Part shown: positions 35,652 through 45,734 of the stretch, in pieces
How positions within the stretch are numbered: the stretch's first letter is position 1
How the letters are laid out: every line of letters begins with the position of its first letter
Assembly: GCA_965645245.1 (NCBI GenBank)
Contig: OZ287074.1
Coordinates: 2,356,001 to 2,420,000, forward strand
Source of the DNA: Massalongia carnosa
Taxonomy: Eukaryota
Reading direction: 5' to 3'
Length of the DNA stretch: 64,000 bases
Program-made: the position numbers and the translations under genes
Notes under the pieces: generated by a model
What the model was told of the DNA's origin: nothing
What the model saw: only the letters and a program-made list of their open reading frames with translations
Database searches by the model: none

Positions 35652-36688
35652 TCAGGACCTAGTGACTGGATTGTGAGGTTCCGTGGGTAATGTTTGAAGG
35701 CGTTTTGAGGCGTTAAGAAGGTAAGTGGGGTGGGTTTGTATGTAAAGCTTGTATGCGTCTGACTTCCATCTTCCTAGCATCTGAATCTCGTCTTCGGTGA
35801 GTCCTGCCCGTCGCGCTGTTGTTGCCGCACCTCTTCTGAACGAGTGGCCAGAGAAATTTCCTATATAGCCCAAGTTCCTTAAGGTGGATTTCATCGCTGT
35901 TGTAATGTAGTCTCGAGTGAAGGACTGACCGTTTTTAAAGAGTGGTGCGGCCGGAGAACTTGGGAATCGCCTATATAAATTTGTAAGAGAAGCTAGTGCA
36001 CAAGCAACATCGTTGGTAGCCGCAATTGTCAGTGTTATGCCTCGGCGAAAGGGATCGGTTTTGGAGACTGGTAGAGAGAGCTGTAGGTGATCTGCTTCGA
36101 ACCTAATAGATTTTCTGGTGAGGTGCCATTGATCAAAGCTTGGGTCTAGTACATCTTGCGTTGTGTAAGTAAATTCTCCGGCTCGTAAGAAGCCTGCAAA
36201 CGCTAAGCAGTACGCCGCATGTAAATTTGCGCCTTTCTCTTTCGTTTGATCAAGACGACTTAGCAATTTGATTAAGATCTCTCTAGTAATTGGTAACCTT
36301 TCACGTTTCTCGGCTTCACCGTTCTTTCGCTTTATGCCAGTAAGGATGCGATCTAACACCGGGTGATGAAATACGTCGAGATTACCGAGGCCCATATCTA
36401 TCTGGCATGATCTTATGCCCGTCAAGTAGCTCTTAATAGTTTTTGGTTGCAGGCGTCGTTCACCCAACGCTGCGATCCACGAAGACAGCGTCCGGATGTT
36501 GGCTGGAAATGGTGGCGCGTTGAGGTTTACCCTACAGTAAAGAACGTATCCCTTTCTTGCCGTTGTGTATAAAGATCTTGTCTTAGTGGCCAGGCCCCAC
36601 CAGAGGTATCGTGCTGCGATTTCGTCTAGAGGTACCTCACTGTACCAAGATGGGGTTGGATCGCGTCCTATATTGCTGAGGGTAGAGC
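35652..36688 (-). CDS. Ngaro 2 tyrosine recombinase
   Basis: Catalytic motifs FLRAGEF, SKTD, HSFRR, LGRW and AYKLY are intact. The frame is open back to about 36705 with no N-terminal ATG. Confidence 0.9.
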
Positions 36689-38284
36689 CTGAAACTGAGG
36701 GATTTTGTCAGCCAGTTTCTTCAAAAGTCCTCTAGACAAGAGATCAGCAATATAATTTTCTTTGGATGATATCCATCGCGCTTCTATCTGGATATCATGT
36801 AATGCAGCTAGCATTGTAATTGCCCGCAGGGCATGCATTGCTTGGCCTCGTATAGAGGTTTTATTCACTCCTTTCGTGACAGCGTAGCTATCACAATAGA
36901 GGATTAAATGACTACCCTTGCATATAGGTAGCCACTTTTTCATAGCTTGAAGAATTGCTGTCATTTCTTTGACGTTGATATGCTTTGCCCTAAGGCGCGT
37001 AGTAAAGCGTGTGCTAAAAGCCTGCCGGGCTGCTTGTATATTATGCAAATTTTGATCCTCGCTGAGGATAAAGCCGCCCATACCATATGAGCCGGACGCA
37101 TCTGTCCATATTCTCATAGTATGTCTAGTACGGTTGAGCAGATGTATGCCATTCCATTTAGGTAGGAAATGATGCCACCATAGAAGATCAGCCCTCATGT
37201 CCTTGTTAAGATGGATTAGTTTAGAGGTTACGCTTGCCGTAGCATTGAAAAGACGGCGTAGAAAGGCTCTTCCTGGTTTTACCACTCTGGCTGCAAAGCA
37301 TAAGAATCCTAGAAGAGAGTCGAGTTCCTTCCTGGGTATGGCTTTTTTATTCAAAGCTGCCGATACTAGGGTCTTTGCTTTTAGTAACTTTTCGGAAGGC
37401 AAGCGTGCTTCCATGAGCGCGGTATCGATTTCAATGCCGAGGAAATCGCAAGTCGTTCCAGTTCTGTTCTTTTCGAGCTTGATTTTCATGCCAAGATCTT
37501 TACAAATGTTGTGGAAAACTTGATCAAACTTTTCAGCATCTGGTCCGGTGCTGACTATTATTAAAAAATCATCCAAGTAATGAATAGCGTCTTTCCAACC
37601 ACAGTTGTACAATATCCAGTTGATACCCTTCGCGAACAGATCAAAAAGGAACGGCGACGTTCTCAGCCCAAAGGGTAAGTATTTATCCATCCAAAAGGAA
37701 TCCTGCCACTTGAAACCTAGTAACCACCAATCGCTTTTTGCTACTGGTATGTGGCGAAAAGCGTCCGCAAAGTCTCTTTTAATAAGAATACACCCTGGCC
37801 CGCGTTGCTCAATCAACCTAATGGCTTCGTCGAAGCTGGTATATTCCAGGGAGCCCCAGTCTTCCGGTATGTGGTCGTTGACTGAGCTACTCTCCGGATA
37901 CGATAGATGATGGATTCGCCGCCAACCACCGTTAGCCTTTGGTACAAGGCCTAATGGGGAACATATAAAGCAAGAAGGAATGTTGTTGACTTTCTCCAAC
38001 CGATTACTAGCTATTTGTTCTTCGAGGTCATTGGTAAGAACTTCCGGTGCCTCATTTGCAGAGGCAAGATTATCGCTAATAATGAGTTGATGTGGTCCTG
38101 TATAACCAACTTTGGCACCGTAGGTGATGATATCGATAATTGTTTGTGTGTAAGTGCGATCCGGGTGATTGGCCAAATGTTTCTCCCAGCCTTCTTTCTT
38201 CAATGGGCCCGGTGGGATCTTTGTTAGATTGTCCGTCAAGGTGTATGGAAAGGACTCCGCGATGGATAAGAATGGGGCGGTTAG
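36668..38284 (-). CDS. Ngaro 2 reverse transcriptase-RNase H
   Basis: HYLDDFL, LPFGLRTSP and WTDAS; in frame with ORF1 after TGA. Confidence 0.93.
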   Translation of the reverse strand, partial: LTAPFLSIAESFPYTLTDNLTKIPPGPLKKEGWEKHLANHPDRTYTQTIIDIITYGAKVGYTGPHQLIISDNLASANEAPEVLTNDLEEQIASNRLEKVNNIPSCFICSPLGLVPKANGGWRRIHHLSYPESSSVNDHIPEDWGSLEYTSFDEAIRLIEQRGPGCILIKRDFADAFRHIPVAKSDWWLLGFKWQDSFWMDKYLPFGLRTSPFLFDLFAKGINWILYNCGWKDAIHYLDDFLIIVSTGPDAEKFDQVFHNICKDLGMKIKLEKNRTGTTCDFLGIEIDTALMEARLPSEKLLKAKTLVSAALNKKAIPRKELDSLLGFLCFAARVVKPGRAFLRRLFNATASVTSKLIHLNKDMRADLLWWHHFLPKWNGIHLLNRTRHTMRIWTDASGSYGMGGFILSEDQNLHNIQAARQAFSTRFTTRLRAKHINVKEMTAILQAMKKWLPICKGSHLILYCDSYAVTKGVNKTSIRGQAMHALRAITMLAALHDIQIEARWISSKENYIADLLSRGLLKKLADKIPQFQALPSAI

Positions 38285-39439
38285 TCATTGCCTTGATGGG
38301 AGAGGCATCGAATTTGGGTTAGAGGGTTGATTTTTTCCATTTGTACAGTCCATCGCCCGATGTTGCTTTCCACATTTCTCACACACATGTTGGAATCTAC
38401 AATATACGGGACAGTCTTTGCCATAGTTGTGTTTCTTACAGATAATCTTTTCGCCTGAGGTTTTGAAAGCCGTAGAATTATCGTCCGGTTTTGCAAAGTA
38501 AGCGGACGGTTTCCGCACAAGATGCCTTTCCAAGGAATGGTCCATTTCTTTCCATCCATCCGGGTTGTCAATCCCGCGAAAGGCTCGAGATTTGTGGAAA
38601 TTCAAATGAAAGATGCGAACCGAGTCCCAGGTGTAGAAGGCGTATAATGATAGAAGATGGTCCTGATAAGCCATGAAGGCTCTCATCAGGTTTATCTGGA
38701 GACCGGGGTGTGCAAAGTGTAGTAGTATCATCCAATATACCCCGAGACATCGTATCAAATGAACTATCCCTTTGATATCTTTTAAGGAGCCATCTTCTTC
38801 TCTCGTGGCGATTTCCAGACCTTCTCCGAGTTTGACGTATCTAGAGTTGGTTTGAACTCCGTCGATGTCGGTACATAGCTTGGTAATGTTGATTGGGTCA
38901 AACGTATTCTCGGAGATTTGCTTTATCCATATGGGCTTGATAGTGGGATATTCGTTCATAAGAGAAACAAAACGAGGATCCATACCTTCTGTATACAATG
39001 AGTTTGGTCGATGCGGTGGAAATGATGTCGGAAATAATAGGGAAGGCTGTTGAGCTGAGGCTACTGGCCCAGGGACCACGTCTCGGGCACGTGCTTGTTG
39101 GGTTTCGATATCCCGCCTAAGACTTACTCTTTCTCTTTCCTCGGCTTCCCTGCGGGACATTTCGCGTTGTGCTCTAAGTTCAATAATGTCATCAGGGGTG
39201 CGAGAACGGGTTTCCGGTATAACAGGCCCTTGTGAGGAGGAATTAAACGCTGAAGATGGAAGAGGAGAAGGTTGAGGATGGCTTTGAAGGGTTGCCGTGC
39301 TGTCTTGTGAGTCGGGTACTTCGACGTCTGGGTTGGAGTTGGCTAGATTTGCCCTAGCTCTAGTTCTAGTACGGGCTAGAGTGCTGCCTTGTGTGCGGGA
39401 GGTAGGCTTGGTGATTCTGTTGGAGATGCGGGTGGCCAT
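38285..39439 (-). CDS. Ngaro 2 ORF1 (gag-like)
   Basis: Open from MATRIS; C-terminal CKKHNYGKDC..C..H.C..C...H....C; homologous to Ngaro 1 ORF1. Confidence 0.82.
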   Translation of the reverse strand: MATRISNRITKPTSRTQGSTLARTRTRARANLANSNPDVEVPDSQDSTATLQSHPQPSPLPSSAFNSSSQGPVIPETRSRTPDDIIELRAQREMSRREAEERERVSLRRDIETQQARARDVVPGPVASAQQPSLLFPTSFPPHRPNSLYTEGMDPRFVSLMNEYPTIKPIWIKQISENTFDPINITKLCTDIDGVQTNSRYVKLGEGLEIATREEDGSLKDIKGIVHLIRCLGVYWMILLHFAHPGLQINLMRAFMAYQDHLLSLYAFYTWDSVRIFHLNFHKSRAFRGIDNPDGWKEMDHSLERHLVRKPSAYFAKPDDNSTAFKTSGEKIICKKHNYGKDCPVYCRFQHVCEKCGKQHRAMDCTNGKNQPSNPNSMPLPSRQ

Positions 39440-40146
39440 TTTTGGAGGAGAGGGATTTGAATAGAGTAAATTTAAGTGTAGTGGTTGTATAAATTTGAAT
39501 TGGGTGAAAAGAAAACGTTGCAAACAGTGCTATCAAAATGCTATGCTTTTTGATTGTCTTGAGATGTGAGATGATGAGGGATACCGTCTGGGACCTCCTC
39601 TTTATATATCTTCTTCCTATTCTCCTTGTCCTACTCTACCATCCCAGTATGCCCCATCAACGCGGCCCATAGCAAGGCATACACAAATCCGAAACCTAAC
39701 TGTCGTCCGAAGGATCGATGCGGTGCTAAGATCTCTATGCCGTGCTGAGACATCCTTATGGTGCTGAGACATCTATGCCGTCCGAGAGATCCATGCGGTG
39801 CCGAAATCAAAGCGGGAGCTGTCTCGATTAACGACGCACTAGCTCTCAGCATAGCCGAACTAGTAAGCACGATGGGGTCAGCGAGGAGACGGGAGATGTC
39901 AAACATCAATGCGAAGCTATTAGACATGATAATAGTCGAAAGACGGGAATAAATCATCAATGCGAGGCTGATTAATGATCAGTAATCGGCGAATTCGAAG
40001 AATGATATGAGGGTCCCGAAGGCATGGCACGACGTCCGTGAGTAGTCATCAGATCAAGGCACGTGATAGAGGCACGTGGTGAGGTCGGAGGCATTTCATG
40101 ACAGTAGCTCCCCCTTCAAGGCAGAGCTCCTGCGATGCCATCTTAT

Positions 40147-43100
40147 CTATGCCTCGTGGCATTGGCAACGGGGAATTTGACAGGGGTTTAGATGAGGGCC
40201 GGCCGCATTGGGATAGGCTTGGTGGTATTCGTCTATGACTTGCTGACAATTGATGAGATAGTTGAAAGGCTCCCAGGTGGAAGGATGCCCTTCCCAATCC
40301 ACTAGGTATTTCAGAAGCGGGGGTTGAAAACGTCGGTCGAGCTTGGAATTCAATACCCTATTGACATACCATTCTCGTTGGCCATCTTCGGCGATGACGG
40401 GGTCTCTAGGCTCCGGTCTCTGCCCGGGGAGGGGGTCATTGGCATCATGCTGCAACAGATTGACGTGAAAGACGGGATGGATTTTGACGGTATCGGGAAG
40501 CTCCAGCTGTACGATCAAGGGGTTGGAAAACACCTTGCTGACGCGGTAGGGGCCGATATTTCGGTCATCCAGCTTGACTGTGGGGCGAGCGGTTTGGATA
40601 TTTCTGGTGCTTAGCCACACCATATCGCCAACGAAATAGCGGGGGCAGGGACGTCGGTTAGCATTTGCAGTTGCTTCGTACGAAGCTTGGGCCATCAGCA
40701 TTTCGTCTCGAAGATGAGTGTCGATATCCTGCATCTTATTCACGAACTGATTGGCTGCAACTAGGTTTGCTCTGCCCTGAGCGGTTAGGTCTTGCGGCAG
40801 GGGTTCCTCCGGTTCAAATCCCATGCGGGGATGTTGCCCGAAGTTGGCTAGGAAGGGGGAGGCCAGGATACTAGATGAATCGGTGTTATTGCTGGCGAAT
40901 TCGGCGCCAGGAAGCCATTGTGCCCAGTCATCCTGCATGTAGTTGACATAAGCCCTTAGGTAGTGCTCCATGGTGGCGTTGGCTCGCTCGGTCTGCCCGT
41001 CGGTCTCCGGGTGGTATCCGGTGGATAGCTTGGCGTCGATTTTCAGCCTCTTGCACATGAGCTGCCAGAAATCGGAGACGAATTGGGGGCCACGATCAGA
41101 AACCATGGCTTCGGGAAGCCCATGTAGTTTCCAGACATTCTGATAGAACGCATCGGCGGCGTCTTCAACTTCCATGGACGTGATAGGAATGAAATGTCGC
41201 ATCTTGGACAGGCGATCTATAACCACCAAGATGTAGCGATAAGTGATTCCAATGAAGGTGCTGGGGGTCAGGGGGCCTACATAATCCATGGAAATATCCC
41301 GCCATCTGGGCTCGGGGGGGGGGAGTGGGCGTAGCCAGCCCTGATAGCGCTGGCGGGATGGTTTTGATCTTCTGCAAGTGTGGCAGTTTCGGATAAATCG
41401 CTTGATGGACTGATGCATGCTGGGCCACCAGTAGGATCGATTTACCAACTCATGGCATTTGGAACGGCCCGGATGTCCGCCGGCGACGCTATCGTGAGCG
41501 AGTTGAATGATACGAAGCCTCAGACGATCGGATCGAGGTACGTATTTCTTGTTTCGAAAATACAAGATACCGTCCCTATCTTCGCATTCGGCTAATTGGA
41601 TTCGATTGTGATGCCTCTCGTTATTACGAAGGGCTTCCAGGACTTCGGGGGCGAATTGGTCTCGTGTCAGGGCTTGTTCCCAGAGGAGCTCCGTGGAGAT
41701 ATCCTCATCGGGATCGATGAGGTCCTCATCTAGCTGAGGTTCTGCTTCTTCGATATCTGCATCATCTAGGAAAGCTGGTGCCAGAAGAATGGATCGCAAA
41801 TAACTTTTTGCGACTTCCTCATCCAGGTTTTCGGTTTTCAAAATGGTTTGGTGTTGAAATTTCCTTCGCTCGTCCGTATCATCCCCTTCTTTAGGAAGAT
41901 CTCCCGATCGACGAGTTAGAGCGTCCGGTTTTCCTCCGGCTTTTCCTGGTCGATAGACTATCTTGAAGTCAAATCGAGAGAGAAATTCGCTCCATCTAGC
42001 TTGGCGACGGCTGAGCTGCTTGGTGGAGGCAAAATACTCCAGGTTTTTGTGGTCGGATATGACGCTGATGGGGAAGGCAGATCCTTCTAGTTCGGGTCGC
42101 CATTCTTCAAAACATCGAACGATTGCCATCAGTTCTTTGTCATAGATCTCGTAGTTGCACTCGGCGGGATTGTGCTTCTTTGAGAAGTAGGCGACGGGGT
42201 GAAGTATCCCATCATCGTCGTATTGAGAAAGAATGCCCCCCGAAACATAGTCGGAGGCATCGGTTTCGACGATGATGGGACGATCGGGGTCGAAATGCCT
42301 GAGAATGACATCGGAGGTGAAAGCTTTTTTCAGCATTTCGAATGCCAATTGGCATTTGTCAGTCCACAGGAATTCCGTCTCCTTCTTGGTCAGGTTGGTT
42401 AGGGGGCCAGCTATGTCGCTAAACCCATACACGAATCGTCTATAAAAGTTAGCAAAACCCAGAAAGCTTTGCACATCTTTCACATTGACGAGGTTTGGCC
42501 AATTGACGACGGTTTCCACCTTGGCCGGGTCCATTTTTATCCCTTCGGTGGTCACGATCATCCCTAGGTATGCAATTTCGGTGACATGGAACTTGCACTT
42601 GGTGATGTCGGCTTGCAGGCCTGCATCTCGGAGTCGAGACAGGATTTTTTTGACGTGGACCTCGTGCTCCAGCTCATTGTCACTGTAGATGAGGATATCA
42701 TCTAGGTACGCAGTGCAAAAGTCAGCAAGATACTCGTGAAGCGTATCGTTGATGAAGTGCTGAAATGAGGCGGGCCCGTTGCATAGGCCGAAGGGTAGGA
42801 CCAAGGACTCGAAAAGGCCGAAACGAGTGCGAAAAGCGGTGAGTTCTTCGTCTCCTTCTCGTATGCGGAGCATATTGAAGGCGGCGATGATGTCTATCTT
42901 GGTGAATATCTTGGCTTTGATTAATTGGTGCAGGGTCTCGGCGATCAAGGGCAGCGGATAGCGATCCTTAATGGTGATGGCATTCAGAGCACGATAATCC
43001 ACGCAAAATCGAAGTCCCCCACCTGGCTTTTTCACGAACATCACCGGGGAGGCGGCGTGGGAGCGACTAGCCCGAATAAATCCCTTGGCTAGATTTTCGT

Positions 43101-44604
43101 CGAGGTAGCGGCGGAGCTCCTCGATTTCGGTACGACTCATACCATACAGGGCCTGACTAGGGGCCTGCGTACCTTCTTTCAGGTTTATGGCATGATCGTA
43201 GGGACGGCGGGGGGGCAAGTCTTCGGATTTCTTCTTCGAGAAGACATCTAGGAATTCGTGGTATTGCTTGGGCAGAAGGGGGGCTGGGTCGACGTTCTTA
43301 CTTTCTCGGTAAGCGTCTAACTCTTCACGAGTCACGGCGGTGGCTAGGGTTAGGGCCTTATTCATCTTAAATAAGGCTAGGTGGATTTCTTTCTCGTGCG
43401 GGCTTGCTCGAGATGGCAATGGTTGGTAGGCTGGGCTTGGTTTTTTGGCTTTTTCGATCAAATCGGGGGCTGAACTAGGTGAGGCTTTCATTACTAGAGG
43501 TTCGGGGTTGGTTTTTCCTAGAAAGAGGTCAATTTCTTTCATGGACAGGGCGAAACTATCGTGGTTTTTCTTCCGAGTCAGTCGATTGAAGGAGATAGCT
43601 CCGATTTCGCAGACATTCATCTGCGGGGTGGTTTTGCGTGCTGCTTGATGAGCACGTCTTTGGGTGGATGTCCGCAATTTGGACGGGCTTCGGTATCGGA
43701 TTTTCGGGGGGGGAAGCCCTTGCTGGATTGCATTTTCAATGCGACTGGGTTCATCGGTGGGGTTTTGAGGCTGGGGTTCGGGTTCATTAATTTCGGGTTT
43801 GATTAAGGTGAAATCGTGCTGCGCGGTTTTGAACAAAGGGATGGATTCCTCGATTTTGACGGGATTGTCAGGAATAGAATTTTTGATTGTGGGAATTTCT
43901 TCCCCCTCTTCTAGAGAAGTTATCGACGTTCTGATAGACGTGTCTTGATTGATAACTTTTCCTAGGGCGTCTTCGAGGATCTCTTCATCCCAGATTTTTC
44001 GACTCTCGGCTGGGGTGAGGAATTCTTCCTCAACGGCTTGAAGCTTGACGGGGTGGGGGCAACAGTGAGTGAGGCAGTAGGGGGAGGCAAAGGTGAGCGT
44101 ATTATGCCCAAAATCGGCTATGGCGTTATGCCGGCGGAGCCATGGATGGCCCAAGATAATGGGATAATTTTTTAACCCGGTGACATATAGAAAGAGTTTT
44201 TCTACATGACCTTCTAGATCCATGGTGATTTCGGCCACATGAGTGATATTGCCGGATAGAGCCCTTTGGCCGTCGAATCCTTCGAGCCGGCGGGGATATT
44301 TGAGAAGATGAAGGGGAATTTGGTTAGTATGCGCAAATTTCTCATCGATGAATGAAAAGCCAGATGCACCACAATCAATTAGATTATACGTTCTAATCCT
44401 AGATCTAGATAATCGCAAGATACCTGTCATCACCATGTGACTGTCTCTGAACGTCTTATCTGATTCAAACAGCTCCAAAGCGGAGGCTGCGGAAAATCGC
44501 GTATTGGATCTCAAAGAGGGGGAAAAACTGGCCATCAAACATGAGGAAATGAGAAGGGGGGGGAGTCCCTGCACGCGACGATGTGCAGAGACTAGGCTTT
44601 TCCC
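40147..44604 (-). CDS. pol: gypsy Pol (PR-RT-RH-IN-chromodomain), -1 frame relative to gag
   Basis: Uninterrupted ORF of about 1480 aa: LIDCGAS, LRFCVDYR, YLDD, ETDAS, YDKEL, SMDYV/VSDRG/GQTER and a chromodomain. Confidence 0.96.
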   Translation of the reverse strand, partial: GKSLVSAHRRVQGLPPLLISSCLMASFSPSLRSNTRFSAASALELFESDKTFRDSHMVMTGILRLSRSRIRTYNLIDCGASGFSFIDEKFAHTNQIPLHLLKYPRRLEGFDGQRALSGNITHVAEITMDLEGHVEKLFLYVTGLKNYPIILGHPWLRRHNAIADFGHNTLTFASPYCLTHCCPHPVKLQAVEEEFLTPAESRKIWDEEILEDALGKVINQDTSIRTSITSLEEGEEIPTIKNSIPDNPVKIEESIPLFKTAQHDFTLIKPEINEPEPQPQNPTDEPSRIENAIQQGLPPPKIRYRSPSKLRTSTQRRAHQAARKTTPQMNVCEIGAISFNRLTRKKNHDSFALSMKEIDLFLGKTNPEPLVMKASPSSAPDLIEKAKKPSPAYQPLPSRASPHEKEIHLALFKMNKALTLATAVTREELDAYRESKNVDPAPLLPKQYHEFLDVFSKKKSEDLPPRRPYDHAINLKEGTQAPSQALYGMSRTEIEELRRYLDENLAKGFIRASRSHAASPVMFVKKPGGGLRFCVDYRALNAITIKDRYPLPLIAETLHQLIKAKIFTKIDIIAAFNMLRIREGDEELTAFRTRFGLFESLVLPFGLCNGPASFQHFINDTLHEYLADFCTAYLDDILIYSDNELEHEVHVKKILSRLRDAGLQADITKCKFHVTEIAYLGMIVTTEGIKMDPAKVETVVNWPNLVNVKDVQSFLGFANFYRRFVYGFSDIAGPLTNLTKKETEFLWTDKCQLAFEMLKKAFTSDVILRHFDPDRPIIVETDASDYVSGGILSQYDDDGILHPVAYFSKKHNPAECNYEIYDKELMAIVRCFEEWRPELEGSAFPISVISDHKNLEYFASTKQLSRRQARWSEFLSRFDFKIVYRPGKAGGKPDALTRRSGDLPKEGDDTDERRKFQHQTILKTENLDEEVAKSYLRSILLAPAFLDDADIEEAEPQLDEDLIDPDEDISTELLWEQALTRDQFAPEVLEALRNNERHHNRIQLAECEDRDGILYFRNKKYVPRSDRLRLRIIQLAHDSVAGGHPGRSKCHELVNRSYWWPSMHQSIKRFIRNCHTCRRSKPSRQRYQGWLRPLPPPEPRWRDISMDYVGPLTPSTFIGITYRYILVVIDRLSKMRHFIPITSMEVEDAADAFYQNVWKLHGLPEAMVSDRGPQFVSDFWQLMCKRLKIDAKLSTGYHPETDGQTERANATMEHYLRAYVNYMQDDWAQWLPGAEFASNNTDSSSILASPFLANFGQHPRMGFEPEEPLPQDLTAQGRANLVAANQFVNKMQDIDTHLRDEMLMAQASYEATANANRRPCPRYFVGDMVWLSTRNIQTARPTVKLDDRNIGPYRVSKVFSNPLIVQLELPDTVKIHPVFHVNLLQHDANDPLPGQRPEPRDPVIAEDGQREWYVNRVLNSKLDRRFQPPLLKYLVDWEGHPSTWEPFNYLINCQQVIDEYHQAYPNAAGPHLNPCQIPRCQCHEA

Positions 44605-45734
44605 TGCTCAATATCAGGGGCTTCGAGCTCCATGCTCCGAAGGTTGGTTCGCTTGTTGGGACAGTCAGTTGCTGACTTCCCTGGATGCTGCAATTTGCAG
44701 TAGAAACACAACTTCCAGTCTTCGCAGATTTTGCGGACCCCCTCGGTTTTGAGCGATTGGCCTTTCACCGCTGCCATGGCAGAGCTTAGGTCCATGGGGT
44801 CGCCAATGAGCAGCGCAGGGGAGGCGGGAGAAGCGACAGGTGCTTTGGCAGCGGGAGCGACTGTCGGGGGAAGTGCTGATAACGGGTTTGGCTTTTTCGG
44901 TGTCGGGGTGATAGTGGTGGTGTTCGCCTTTGGGGCAATGTGGCGGATCTGCCGAAGGCCACGATCTGTCTCCAACCACATGGTGACGTGCTCGTCGAAG
45001 GTGGTTGGTTGCCTTTGGGTTCCGGGGACCCTATACATTAGGGCTGCGGTCTGGGTTGAATAATTCACATTTGCCTTCATGGCATCGATCAGGCTGGCAT
45101 CTTCCATCTTGGACCGGTCTTTTTTCTGCGCAAAAAGGTTGTAGTACTCCTCGAAGCTACTACTTCCCTGTTTGAGGATATCGCGAAGGTATTTGCGAGC
45201 ATCCTCCTGCTCGTAGGGATTTCCGCATGCGCGGCGGAGGGCTGATCGCCATTCAGCAAATGAGGTGAGTACGCAAAGGCCATCGACCCTGTACGCATTC
45301 ATTAGGTTATGAGCCTTTTTGCCTATGGTGAGTCGGCTTTCGGCATAGGCAATTTTGGCTTGATCGAACGGGTATCGATCATTGTTGACATGCATTCTTT
45401 GAATCAGGGACTGCTCCCACGCATCCAGCTTGACTTCTTCGCCCTCATACTCCGTGATGTCCGGGAGCTTTTCGGAGCGGATGAGGGAGTTTTTTGACGC
45501 CAGGAGCAGCTGCATCATGGCCATGATTTGCGGATCCAAGGTAGGGGGGGGTGGATTTGAGATAGGTATGGGCTCGGAAATAGAAGGGGTATTGGCATTG
45601 TTGCGAAGTTGGTTTACTTCGGCTTCTAGGTTGTCCATTTGACTCAGGAATTGCTGAGGGTCTGCCTGAAGACGTTCCTGAATGAATCGAATACGCTTAT
45701 CCAGCTCGGAGAGGTTCTCTTCTGCTGAAGACAT
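44592..45734 (-). CDS. gag: gypsy Gag
   Basis: 380 aa with SEKLPD, LKQG, GDPMDL and CFYCKLQH..C. Confidence 0.9.
   Translation of the reverse strand: MSSAEENLSELDKRIRFIQERLQADPQQFLSQMDNLEAEVNQLRNNANTPSISEPIPISNPPPPTLDPQIMAMMQLLLASKNSLIRSEKLPDITEYEGEEVKLDAWEQSLIQRMHVNNDRYPFDQAKIAYAESRLTIGKKAHNLMNAYRVDGLCVLTSFAEWRSALRRACGNPYEQEDARKYLRDILKQGSSSFEEYYNLFAQKKDRSKMEDASLIDAMKANVNYSTQTAALMYRVPGTQRQPTTFDEHVTMWLETDRGLRQIRHIAPKANTTTITPTPKKPNPLSALPPTVAPAAKAPVASPASPALLIGDPMDLSSAMAAVKGQSLKTEGVRKICEDWKLCFYCKLQHPGKSATDCPNKRTNLRSMELEAPDIEQGKA

Larger units (their letters stand above)
34925..39863 (-). mobile_element. Ngaro retrotransposon 2, complete, with split direct repeats A1-ORFs-B1-A2-B2
   Basis: A1 39508-39863, A2 35112-35467, B1 35468-35615 and B2 34925-35072; three open ORFs; inserted at GGCAA|TAAGC with no TSD. 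Confidence 0.96.

Noticed and set aside
35235..35676. Small ORFs repeated at 34903, 35235, 35362, 39631 and 39758
   Set aside because: Chance frames within the Ngaro A and B repeats.
29490..36688. Tyrosine recombinases as a possible Starship captain or Crypton
   Set aside because: Each lies downstream of RT-RNase H between split direct repeats, so they are Ngaro YRs.
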